Shown here piece after piece: positions 43,893-51,636 of a stretch of 64,000 bases of DNA; positions within the stretch are counted from its first letter, which is position 1, and every line of letters begins with the position of its first letter. Below the pieces are notes generated by a model. The model saw only the letters and a list, made by a program, of their open reading frames with translations, was not told where the DNA came from and ran no database searches. Source of the DNA: Clostridia bacterium (GTDB lineage: Bacteria; Bacillota; Clostridia; Oscillospirales; CAG-272). Where the stretch lies: contig JAFZPN010000167.1 in the NCBI GenBank assembly GCA_017550315.1, positions 2,018 to 66,017 of the forward strand, read 5' to 3'. Position numbers and translations under genes: made by a program.

Positions 43893-44840
43893 ATGGCAAT
43901 CGAAAACGGAAACAACAACGGCATGATCATGCCCGTCCAGCCCTACGGCAACGGATGGGGTGGTTACGGGAACGGCTGGGGCGGCTTCGGCGGTCTCGGC
44001 GGCGACGGCCTACTGCTCGCTCTTTTCCTCCTGCCTCTGATCGCTTGTTTCGGCGGCTTCGGCGGCTTCGGAATGGGCGGTTTCGGCGGGATGGGTATGA
44101 TGGGCGGTCTCGGGATGATGTTCCCGTGGCTCATGGCCCAGAACGTCGACAACGACGTGAACGCCGGTTTCAACAACGCCGGGATCGCAGCAGCAGTCGC
44201 GGCAAACGGCAACGCGATCGCGGGTGTCCGTCAGGATATTTGCGGCGTGAACCAGAACGTCTCCAACACCGGCGCGGCGATCTCCGCAGGCGTAGCCGCT
44301 GGCTTCGCAAACGCGGAAAGCGCGGCGGCGGCCCGTCAGATGGCCTCCCTCGAGCGTTCCTTCGCGGCGCAGACGGCGATTGACGGTCGCCTCGACGGCC
44401 TCGCGATGGGACAGCAGGCCGGAAACAGCGACATACGCGCGGGCATCGCGGATCTCAAGTACACTGTCGCGACAGAAAATTGCGCGGACAGATACGAAGC
44501 AGCGCAGAACACGCGCGACGTCATCGACGCGATCAACAACAAGGGCCAGGCGATCATGGACAAGCTCTGCGACCTCGAGCTCCAGGGCGTCAAGAACGAA
44601 CTCGCGCAGTCCCGCCGTGAAAACGATCTCCTCCAGAATCAGCTTTATATGGGCTCGCTCCGCGAAGCTGAGGCAAACCAGAACGTGTTCTTCACGCAGG
44701 GCATCAACGCGGCGTTCGAGAACTTCTACAACCGCCTCAAAAACTGCCCCGTGAACTCTGTCCCCGTCTACGGCAGCCAGCCGATCTTCACGTGCCCCGG
44801 TGCCGCGAATGCTTGCCCGTGCGGATATGCGGCGGCGTAA
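43893..44840 (+). CDS. Gly-rich membrane protein with long helical domain and Cys-rich C-terminus
   Basis: GNGWGGYGNGWGGFGGLGG, then the hydrophobic LLLALFLLPLIACFGGFGGFGMGGFGG, then a ~230-aa Ala/Asn/Gln-rich domain, ending in CPG...CPCG. Confidence 0.5.
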   Translation: MAIENGNNNGMIMPVQPYGNGWGGYGNGWGGFGGLGGDGLLLALFLLPLIACFGGFGGFGMGGFGGMGMMGGLGMMFPWLMAQNVDNDVNAGFNNAGIAAAVAANGNAIAGVRQDICGVNQNVSNTGAAISAGVAAGFANAESAAAARQMASLERSFAAQTAIDGRLDGLAMGQQAGNSDIRAGIADLKYTVATENCADRYEAAQNTRDVIDAINNKGQAIMDKLCDLELQGVKNELAQSRRENDLLQNQLYMGSLREAEANQNVFFTQGINAAFENFYNRLKNCPVNSVPVYGSQPIFTCPGAANACPCGYAAA

Positions 44841-44852
44841 GGGGGCGGTAAC

Positions 44853-45320
44853 ATGCCTGGATATGCCGCAAACGGAAGTCAGACCGTAAATCCCGGAGCA
44901 AGCGTGCTTTTCAACATCACCGTCAAAGGGTGCCCGCTGGGACTGATCCGGCATTTTGACGGAGAGGGGGACTTCCTTCTCTCCGGAAAAACGAGGAACC
45001 GGGGCGGGTCCTGCCCGTGCCGGTGCAAAAAGACGACGGAGTATTTTATCGACTTCGCGGCAAACGTCGGAGTCGAAGAAGGCGGAACGCCCGGACCGGT
45101 GTCGCTCGCGCTTGCGCGAAACGGCGTCGTGATTCCCTATACCACCATGACCGTGACGCCAGCCGCAGCCGGAACGCTCGACAACGTCAGCCGCGCGGTA
45201 AACGTCCCGATCTGGCTCGGCTGCTGTCAATCTGTGGCGGTGGTAAACACCGGGACCGACCCGATCGTCGTCAACAATCCCACAATCGAAATCGACTGGA
45301 CGGAGAAAGGAGGAGCTTAA
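44853..45320 (+). CDS. beta-rich protein, possible BclA-C/C1q-TNF-like jelly-roll
   Basis: The pattern TVNPGASVLFNITVKG...FLLSG...YFIDFAANV...VSLALARNGVVIPYTTMTV...VAVVNTG resembles exosporium BclA C-terminal domains. The call is weak. Confidence 0.35.
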   Translation: MPGYAANGSQTVNPGASVLFNITVKGCPLGLIRHFDGEGDFLLSGKTRNRGGSCPCRCKKTTEYFIDFAANVGVEEGGTPGPVSLALARNGVVIPYTTMTVTPAAAGTLDNVSRAVNVPIWLGCCQSVAVVNTGTDPIVVNNPTIEIDWTEKGGA

Positions 45321-45323
45321 ACC

Positions 45324-45731
45324 GTGGAGGAACGCGATTATAAGGACCTCATCCGAATCTATGAGAACCAGCTCATGGATCACATGGAAATGGTAAAAGA
45401 TCAGCGCGACATCCCGCTCGACGAGCTGGAAAAAGGCAAGTGTCTCCTTTCGGCGATCACGAAAGCGCAGACCGCGATCGCGATGAAGAATTCCGGCGTC
45501 GCAAACCGGGGCCACAGCTATGCGGACGGATATTCCAACGCATGGGACGGGTACTCCGGGAATGACATGGACTACTCACGCGAGAGCAGAGCCCGCGATG
45601 ACCGCAGAACCAGCCGCAACAGCGGAGAGGGCCGCATGATGGAGCACCTGGAAAGGATCGCGCGCGAGGACAGAAATGCCCAGCGACGCGAGCTGGCACA
45701 GGACATGATGCGGGAGCTAAAAAACGCATAA
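45324..45731 (+). CDS. hypothetical charged protein (GTG start)
   Basis: RBS AAAGGAGGA 9 nt upstream of GTG. Last gene before a strong terminator. Confidence 0.4.
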   Translation: MEERDYKDLIRIYENQLMDHMEMVKDQRDIPLDELEKGKCLLSAITKAQTAIAMKNSGVANRGHSYADGYSNAWDGYSGNDMDYSRESRARDDRRTSRNSGEGRMMEHLERIAREDRNAQRRELAQDMMRELKNA

Positions 45732-45745
45732 GCAATCCCCCAAAA

Positions 45746-45776
45746 AGAAAGGGCCTTCGGGTCCTTTCTCTTTTCA
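45746..45776 (+). terminator. rho-independent terminator ending the late/cargo operon
   Basis: AGAAAGGGCC-TTCG-GGTCCTTTCT hairpin followed by CTTTTC. Confidence 0.7.
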
Positions 45777-45816
45777 AAAAAACTTGAAAAAATCAGAAAA
45801 AACTTTGAAAAGCCTC

Positions 45817-45845
45817 TTGACATATTCCGGGATATGTGGTATAAT
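45817..45845 (+). promoter_or_regulatory. consensus sigma-A promoter of the right-end moron
   Basis: TTGACA (45817-45822), 17-nt spacer, TATAAT (45840-45845). Confidence 0.65.
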
Positions 45846-45898
45846 ATAATCACAGAAAGGGAGCGCGGATAACCCACCAACCGCGGGAAGGAAAGAAA

Positions 45899-46150
45899 AT
45901 GAAAACCATCATCTTCAACAACGTCGAATTCACCGCCTGCACCGCCATCGCTGTAAGCATCGGCGACACCGAACGACAGAACGCCGTCTTCGTTCACGAC
46001 CTTAACGACGAATTCCGCAACGGCGATTTCGTGGCATTCGGGTACGATCTCCCCGAGGACGAGGATGACGCCAAGAACATCCTCTTCGACAATTCCGCGC
46101 AGTCCACAGAACAGGAGGACCTCGACACTGCGGAATGGGACGAGGCCTGA
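45899..46150 (+). CDS. small highly acidic protein
   Basis: 83 aa, roughly 20 Asp/Glu versus 4 Lys/Arg. RBS GGGAAGGAAAG. Confidence 0.5.
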   Translation: MKTIIFNNVEFTACTAIAVSIGDTERQNAVFVHDLNDEFRNGDFVAFGYDLPEDEDDAKNILFDNSAQSTEQEDLDTAEWDEA

Positions 46151-46154
46151 GCCG

Positions 46155-46814
46155 ATGCCTCTCAACGACCTCACGGGGAAGCGCTACGGCTCCCTCACCG
46201 TTCTCCGCCGGGATGACTCACGCCTCAGCGGCGACGCATTCTGGATATGCCGCTGCGGACGATGCGGGCGGGAAAAAAGCATCCGAGGGACATACCTCAC
46301 CGGGCCGAGGGCCTACAAGGACTGCGGCTGCTCATGGAACGAAAGGAAGGCCGATCTTACAGGCCGGACGATGGGTGGCGTCTCCGTCATGGAACGTCTG
46401 CCAGAGAACCGATATGGGCAGAAAACCTATCGCGTTCGCTGCGCGGTATGCGGAGCGGAGAGGATCATGGTACAGCACGATCTTCTCGGGAAACCGAGAG
46501 ACTGCGGATGCACGGCGCGGGCCGAGACGAACGAACGCTTGAGAAATCAGGCGGCTGATGCTTCGTCAAGATCGATATACAACGGCGCGAAGATCGCCGC
46601 GGCGTTCGCAGAAAAGCCCATGCCGACCAGCACGACGGGATTCCGGTGGGTGCGATGGTATCCGCGCAACAACTGCTGGTGCGCCACATTCCGCGTGGCC
46701 GGACAACGGTATTTCAAATACGGGTTTGAAACGCCTGAGAGCGCATACAAGTGGGCGAAAGAAGAGCACGAAAAAGCGGTAAAGGAACACGGAATAACAG
46801 AAAAGGAGGAATGA
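46155..46814 (+). CDS. AP2-domain DNA-binding protein with two N-terminal Cys-rich repeats
   Basis: Two copies of DLTG(K/R)..G...V......W.C.C..CG....CGC. C-terminal GFRWVRWYPRNNCWCATFRVAGQRYFKYGFETPESAYKWAKE looks like an AP2/integrase-type DNA-binding domain. Confidence 0.55.
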   Translation: MPLNDLTGKRYGSLTVLRRDDSRLSGDAFWICRCGRCGREKSIRGTYLTGPRAYKDCGCSWNERKADLTGRTMGGVSVMERLPENRYGQKTYRVRCAVCGAERIMVQHDLLGKPRDCGCTARAETNERLRNQAADASSRSIYNGAKIAAAFAEKPMPTSTTGFRWVRWYPRNNCWCATFRVAGQRYFKYGFETPESAYKWAKEEHEKAVKEHGITEKEE

Positions 46815-47026
46815 GTTTGCAATTCAAGAATAGAAATCGAGCATGGGACAAAACGCCGGAGGCGGCAGCATATCGTCAACAGTACCGTGATGCGCACTAT
46901 ACAAGAATAGAAATCGCTGTCACGGAAACAAAACGAAACGAGATCGACGAGCGGGCGAAGGCGGCGGGCATTTCGAGAACCGCATACATCCTCGCGGCGG
47001 TTGAGGAATACATGAAAAAGGGCTGA
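46811..47026 (+). CDS. ribbon-helix-helix (CopG/MobC-like) protein
   Basis: ATGA overlap. TRIEIAVTETKRNEIDERAKAAGISRTAYILAAVEEY fits an RHH fold. Confidence 0.5.
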   Translation: MSLQFKNRNRAWDKTPEAAAYRQQYRDAHYTRIEIAVTETKRNEIDERAKAAGISRTAYILAAVEEYMKKG

Positions 47027-47040
47027 GAAGCCCTTTTCGT
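47017..47040 (+). terminator. rho-independent terminator of the moron
   Basis: AAAGGGC-TGAGAA-GCCCTTT followed by T. Confidence 0.55.
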
Positions 47041-47139
47041 GTTGCATTTCCGTGTTGCATGGGTGAGTAAAAGGCGAATCAATAAGAGAAAACAAAGTAT
47101 CAGAAATCGAAAAAGACAGTCAAAACTTGTGCGATTCAA

Positions 47140-47194
47140 ACAAAAACGGGGCAGTTTGTGTGACGAAATGGGTTATAAAGTACACAAACAGCCC
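47140..47194 (-). terminator. phage-borne terminator for the reconstituted tRNA-Pro
   Basis: On the minus strand: GGGCTGTTTGTGT ... ACACAAACTGCCCC hairpin followed by GTTTTTGTTTG, immediately 3' of the tRNA. Confidence 0.55.
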
Positions 47195-47204
47195 TGCTTT
47201 TGAT

Positions 47205-47228
47205 TCTCTGAGTGACTGGACTTGAACC
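47205..47228. repeat. attR core (24-bp direct repeat)
   Basis: Identical to 11746-11769. Covers the tRNA T-arm 3' half, the acceptor 3' strand and 2 nt beyond. Confidence 0.85.
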
Positions 47229-47279
47229 AGCGGCCTCTACCACCCCAAGGTAGCGCGCTCCCAACTGCGCCACACCCAG
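47207..47279 (-). tRNA. tRNA-Pro (anticodon GGG), no encoded CCA
   Basis: Hand-folded cloverleaf. Acceptor CTGGGTG/CACTCAG (C1-G72, A73), D-arm GCGC-AGTTGGGA-GCGC, anticodon arm CTACC-TTGGGGT-GGTAG, T-arm GCTGG-TTCAAGT-CCAGT. Confidence 0.85.
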
Positions 47280-47304
47280 ATCCGATGCTTTTGACAGCCC
47301 TTGT

Positions 47305-47333
47305 ATTATAGCACCGGCGGCGTGATTTGTCAA
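47305..47333 (-). promoter_or_regulatory. promoter of tRNA-Pro
   Basis: Minus strand: TTGACA (RC of 47328-47333), 17 nt, TATAAT (RC of 47305-47310), about 20 nt upstream of the tRNA 5' end. Confidence 0.6.
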
Positions 47334-47445
47334 GTCCTTTTCGGAAATTTCTTTCGGTGTGCGGTACTTACACGGCTGCGTTTGCCCGGCACCGGACGAA
47401 AAAGGACCGGCGCGATACCGGCCCTCTCCGATCGTTTCTCCGCCC

Positions 47446-47667
47446 TTATTCGGCGGTGTTCGTTTTCCCGCAGGCGGCAGGATCGCAGGCAAAGGATTCG
47501 CAGTCGACGCACTTCGTCTCGGTGGGATGCGGCTCATGCGTGCCGACGTGGATGCGGTCCAGCACGCAGTAGTCGCAGGTCTTGGCGTGATGCGCGCACG
47601 CGTCCACGGTGCAGGCGATCGCGCGGTTGGGTTCTCTTTTCTCCGTCCGGTTTGTCTTTTCCATCAT
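47446..47667 (-). CDS. DUF1540 domain protein
   Basis: Two Cys/His-rich repeats (IACTVDACAHHAKTCDYCVLDRIHVG; TKCVDCESF) typical of DUF1540. Start at MMEKT after GAGGT. Confidence 0.6.
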   Translation of the reverse strand: MMEKTNRTEKREPNRAIACTVDACAHHAKTCDYCVLDRIHVGTHEPHPTETKCVDCESFACDPAACGKTNTAE

Positions 47668-47809
47668 TTTGTACCTCGGTATCTTCGGATTTCGGAGCGT
47701 CTTCACGCTTCGTATTCAGCATACCCCGCGCGGCGGGTTTTTATGCGCTTGACGACAAGCTGCGCGCGTGTTATAATGAACGGAGATAATCATGAATCGG
47801 GAGGGAGCC

Positions 47810-48319
47810 ATGCTTCGGTTGACGATCCCGCGGGAGACCGATCTTCCCGCGCTGGCGGACTATCGCCGTGAGGTATTCCTCGGGGACGGGGATTTTGACG
47901 GGACGGCCGGGCTCGGGAGCGCGTCGGATGCGGCAGAGTGGCTCGCGCGGCTGAAGGTCCTCTCCTCCCCGGATGCTCCCCGTCGCGGATGGCTGCGGAC
48001 CTTCGTCTATCTCGGATACAACGGCGAGCAGCTGTGCGGGATCGTAAACATCCGGCCGACGGAGGACGAGGCGGTCCGGACGGCGGGGCACATCGGGTAT
48101 CACATGCGGCCTTCGGAACGCCGGCGGGGCTACGGACGGGAGCTTCTTCTGCGCGGGGCGTCGCTGTGCCGGGTCCACGGGATCGCCGTTCCGCTCGTCT
48201 GCGTGCAGGCGGACAACGAGGCGTCCATCCGTACCGCGCTGTCCGCCGGATTCGCCCCCGATGGCGAGGAACGGCATCCGGAATTCGGGCGGATCCTGCG
48301 CTTCCGGGCGGATTTCTGA
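47810..48319 (+). CDS. GNAT family N-acetyltransferase
   Basis: Acetyl-CoA motif RRRGYGRELL. Start at ATG 47810 after GGGAGGGAG (ATG 47792 is also possible). Confidence 0.7.
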   Translation: MLRLTIPRETDLPALADYRREVFLGDGDFDGTAGLGSASDAAEWLARLKVLSSPDAPRRGWLRTFVYLGYNGEQLCGIVNIRPTEDEAVRTAGHIGYHMRPSERRRGYGRELLLRGASLCRVHGIAVPLVCVQADNEASIRTALSAGFAPDGEERHPEFGRILRFRADF

Positions 48320-48405
48320 TATTTTTTCGCGAAAACGCTTATCCGGCACGGCGGTTGGGCTACTGTTTGGCAGACCGGTCAAAATCCAACAGAAAGGACG
48401 ACGTC

Positions 48406-49944
48406 ATGACAACCCGGATCGACGAGGGATGGATGCGCGAATTCTTCGCCTACGCCCTCTCGCGCACGGACAACCGCGCCGACGCGGAGGAACTGGCCTC
48501 GGAAATCATCCTGCGCTGTCTCGAAGCCGAGGCGGGACGGGACGATATCCGCGACCCGGAGCATTTCTTCCGCGGGATCGCCCGGAATACGGCCAACAGC
48601 TTCTTCCGCCGCCGTTCCGTCCCCGCGCCGGAGGATGTGTTCTCGAACATCCCCTCCAACGAACCGCAGCCGGACGAGATCGCCGCCTCGCGCGAGGATG
48701 CCGCCGAGGTCCGCCGCACCCTTGCCTCGCTCTCCGGGCTCTATCGCGACGTGCTCGTGGACCATTATTACCGCGGGCAGAGCGTCCGGGAAATCGCCCG
48801 CCGCCGGGAGCTTTCGCCGGATATGGTGAAATACTATCTCCGGGCCGGGCGGGCCAAAATGAAGGAGAGCATCATGAATCCCATTCCGTCCACAAACACT
48901 TTCGCACCCACGCCCTTTGAGCTTAACGGCTCGTTCATTGATCTCAATCACATAAATCCGTGGAAGCTCACGGAACGAAAACTGCCATGCCAGATCCTGC
49001 TCGCGGCATACGAGAAACCGAAATCCGCGGAACAAATCTCCGCCGAACTCGCCACCCCCGCCGTCTATATCGAGGAGGAGATCGCCCTGCTTGCCGATGC
49101 CGGACTGCTCGTTTCCCCGGCAAAGAACAAATACCGCGCCAACCTGCATATCCTTCCCGCGGACGATTTTGCCGCCGTCACCGCGCGCATCCGGGAACTG
49201 TACCGCGACTATCTGCCGGATTATTACGAACTCTTCCGTCGCTTTCTGCCGCGGATGCGCGTTTCCGGGCTCTTCCGGGAGGATGAGGACGAAGCACGGT
49301 TCCGCTGGTTCTTCGCCTCCGAAGCCGGGGAATTCGACGAGCGCATCTATGAACGCATTGCCTCCGCGAACTGCCCCCGCATCCTGTCCGACGGGAGCCG
49401 CGGATTCGTCTTCGCAGCGGAATCGGAGCCGCTCCCGTGGGGCTTCGGGACCACGCCGCGGACCTGCCCGGAGGGGACAGTGCACCCGGTCGACGTGTAT
49501 TGCCGCAGGCAGCCCGCCGGTCTCTCCGCGCAGTCCTATTTCTATGAGAAGAAGAACTGTACCGCCCTGTTCAAAATCCTCCGCGGAGAGGAGCCCGATC
49601 CGGAGACCGCGGCGGATCTGATCGCAAAGAACTTCGCCAAACGGATCGACGGAGGCCTCGCTGTGAACGTCGCGGTGCGCACGGAGGCATGGAACGCCCT
49701 CGTCGCCGAGGCAAAGGAGATCCTCTCCGAGCGTCTCGCCGCACCGTCTGCCGCGATCCTTGAAGAGGTCCGCACCGTCACGAAGCACACAATCCCGCCA
49801 CAGCTCGCCGAATATGCCGAAGGCTTTACTCTGACGTGGTGCGCGATGCTCGCGGGGTGCCTCTTTACGGAGACGCTTTACGACGACGGCTTCCTGTCGT
49901 ACGATCCGTCCGTCCCGTATCTCACGTATCTCACGGAAAATTAA
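48406..49944 (+). CDS. sigma-70 family (ECF-like) sigma factor with ~350-aa C-terminal extension
   Basis: Start at ATG 48406 after AGAAAGGA. Region 2 ADAEELASEIILRCLE...FFRGIARN. Region 4 GQSVREIARRRELSPDMVKYYLRAGRAKM. Followed by a long non-membrane C-terminal domain. Confidence 0.7.
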   Translation: MTTRIDEGWMREFFAYALSRTDNRADAEELASEIILRCLEAEAGRDDIRDPEHFFRGIARNTANSFFRRRSVPAPEDVFSNIPSNEPQPDEIAASREDAAEVRRTLASLSGLYRDVLVDHYYRGQSVREIARRRELSPDMVKYYLRAGRAKMKESIMNPIPSTNTFAPTPFELNGSFIDLNHINPWKLTERKLPCQILLAAYEKPKSAEQISAELATPAVYIEEEIALLADAGLLVSPAKNKYRANLHILPADDFAAVTARIRELYRDYLPDYYELFRRFLPRMRVSGLFREDEDEARFRWFFASEAGEFDERIYERIASANCPRILSDGSRGFVFAAESEPLPWGFGTTPRTCPEGTVHPVDVYCRRQPAGLSAQSYFYEKKNCTALFKILRGEEPDPETAADLIAKNFAKRIDGGLAVNVAVRTEAWNALVAEAKEILSERLAAPSAAILEEVRTVTKHTIPPQLAEYAEGFTLTWCAMLAGCLFTETLYDDGFLSYDPSVPYLTYLTEN

Positions 49945-50024
49945 AGAACGGAGGCGCGGGGTCCGTCCTCACGCCTCCGGATATGACGCCTGCTTCCCGT
50001 TTTCCTCGGGGAGCAGGCGTTTTT

Positions 50025-50606
50025 CTATGCGAGAAACAGCGGCAGAAGCTGACGTCCCTCCGTCATCGCCGCGAGGGCTTCAGGGACCCGGGTGAAATCC
50101 GCGACGAGGGAGTGCGGCTTGCCCCGCGGATCGTCCTGCCGCATCGGGACGAACCAAATATTCTTGCGGTTGAGCAGCGTCCCGATATTCCCGAGGTTCG
50201 CGCTCATCGCGTCGTTGGAGGCAAGGGCGATGAGGAGGGGGCGGTCCGTGCGCAGATGGGCCTTCACCGCCATCGTCACCGGTGTGTCGGTGATCCCTTG
50301 CGCGAGCTTCGCAAGGGTGTTCCCGGTGCAGGGGCAGACGAGCAGCGCGTCGAGCGGATCGGACGGGCCGAAGCGTTCGGCTTCTGCAATCGTCGTCACC
50401 GGCGGCCGCCCCGCGACGGATTCGACCTCGGCGCAGAGATCCGCCGCACGGCCGAAACGGGTATCGGTGCCCGCCGCGTGGAAGGAGAGGATCGGCACGA
50501 GATCCCAGTCCCCGGCCAGCGCATGCAGCACGTCAAGCGCGGCGCGGTGATTGCAGAAGGATCCGGTCAGAGCAAATCCGAGGCGGGGCTTTGGCATCTT
50601 ATCCAC
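50025..50606 (-). CDS. spoVFB: dipicolinate synthase subunit B
   Basis: Flavoprotein-like LGFALTGSFC...CPCTGNTLAKLAQGITDTPV...ASNDA pattern. Overlaps the spoVFA stop. Confidence 0.85.
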   Translation of the reverse strand: MDKMPKPRLGFALTGSFCNHRAALDVLHALAGDWDLVPILSFHAAGTDTRFGRAADLCAEVESVAGRPPVTTIAEAERFGPSDPLDALLVCPCTGNTLAKLAQGITDTPVTMAVKAHLRTDRPLLIALASNDAMSANLGNIGTLLNRKNIWFVPMRQDDPRGKPHSLVADFTRVPEALAAMTEGRQLLPLFLA

Positions 50607-51468
50607 GGAGACCGCCCCCTTCCCCGAGGATCCGCGCGACCGAGGCGGCGATCCCCTCTCCGGCGCTCTTCGGCGCGACCTTCCCGGGCAAACCGGGCAG
50701 CGGGATCACGCGAAGTCCGCACGCCTCTGCCGCCTCCCGGTCGATCCCGGCCGCGAGCTCGAAGAGGACGGCCGACGGCGGGAGATGGCCGAGCGCATTC
50801 GCACCGATCACCGTCACGGGCACGGTCGAGAAAACGGCGTCCGGGGATCCGGGATCCGCCGCCCAGCCGTCGAGCGATGTCGCCCGGCAGCCGTCCGCCT
50901 CCGCCCATGCGCGATCCCGGGGACTGCGCGCGGCAACCGTGACATGGGCGCCGAATGCCCGGAGACGGTTTGCGAGCGTCCGCCCGAGCCGTCCATAGCC
51001 GATGACCGCACAGTCCATGCCCGAGACGGTCCCCGGGAGGCTGTTCACGCACGCCGCAACCGCCCCCTCCGCCGTCTGCACCGCGCCCGCGATCTGGAAC
51101 GCCTCGTCTTCGTAGTAATCGACCGCCCGGATCCCGCGCTCCTTTGCGCATTCCGTATAGAGCGGCGGCAGCTTCCCACCGAAGAGAAGAGCTCCCGTCG
51201 GCATCCGGTCGAGGATCGCGTCGAGCGGGATCTGATCCCCGGCGTCGGGAGCCGACAAGGCGACGCCGTCGCGGGTGACGGGCAGGGGCAGCACGACCGC
51301 ATCCGCGCCTCGGACCGCGCCCTGCCAGTCCGCCGCACGCACGAGAGGGGAGGCAAAATCCCCGCCGATCCCCCAGACGGCGCACTCCGCGATCCCCGAG
51401 AGCGCCTCCGCCGCATACCGCATCCGCGTGTCGCCGCCGAGGATCCCGATTTTTATATAGTCTTTCAT
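50599..51468 (-). CDS. spoVFA: dipicolinate synthase subunit A
   Basis: Start at MKDYIKIGILGGDTRM (ATG 51468). NAD-binding AVIGYGRLGRTLANRL. The longer ORF 50599..52164 overlaps the divergent GNAT and was rejected. Confidence 0.85.
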   Translation of the reverse strand: MKDYIKIGILGGDTRMRYAAEALSGIAECAVWGIGGDFASPLVRAADWQGAVRGADAVVLPLPVTRDGVALSAPDAGDQIPLDAILDRMPTGALLFGGKLPPLYTECAKERGIRAVDYYEDEAFQIAGAVQTAEGAVAACVNSLPGTVSGMDCAVIGYGRLGRTLANRLRAFGAHVTVAARSPRDRAWAEADGCRATSLDGWAADPGSPDAVFSTVPVTVIGANALGHLPPSAVLFELAAGIDREAAEACGLRVIPLPGLPGKVAPKSAGEGIAASVARILGEGGGLRG

Positions 51469-51576
51469 CTTGAACACCTGCAGCTTTTGGATATGGAGAG
51501 AACTCCACAAACAGGATATGCGCGCGGCGGAAATCGGTGAGGAGGCAGAAACCGCTTCCCGGATTCCCGAAATTCC

Positions 51577-51605
51577 TTGTATTTCGTCCGCGGGTATGGT
51601 ATAAT
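51577..51605 (+). promoter_or_regulatory. promoter for the GNAT gene
   Basis: TTGTAT (51577-51582), 17-nt spacer, TATAAT (51600-51605). Confidence 0.55.
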
Positions 51606-51636
51606 GAGGCGAAATACCATCACCGGAGGTTTTTTT

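Larger units (their letters stand above)
11746..47228. mobile_element. ~35.5-kb integrated siphovirus-like (HK97-type head, cos/HNH) prophage in tRNA-Pro
   Basis: Bounded by 24-bp direct repeats. The integrase lies next to attL, and lysogeny, early, packaging, head, tail and lysis modules are all present. Confidence 0.9.

Noticed and set aside
44010-45515. 501-aa minus-strand ORF across the cargo cassette
   Set aside because: It overlaps three plus-strand genes that have RBSs and are coupled. It has no start context and an Arg-rich, high-GC shadow composition.
47938-48405. N-terminal 156 codons of ORF 47938..49944
   Set aside because: They overlap the GNAT gene in another frame. The sigma-factor homology begins at ATG 48406, which has its own RBS.
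48379-49788. 469-aa minus-strand ORF antisense to the sigma factor
   Set aside because: No recognisable motifs and an Arg/Gly-rich composition. The plus-strand gene has clear sigma regions 2 and 4.
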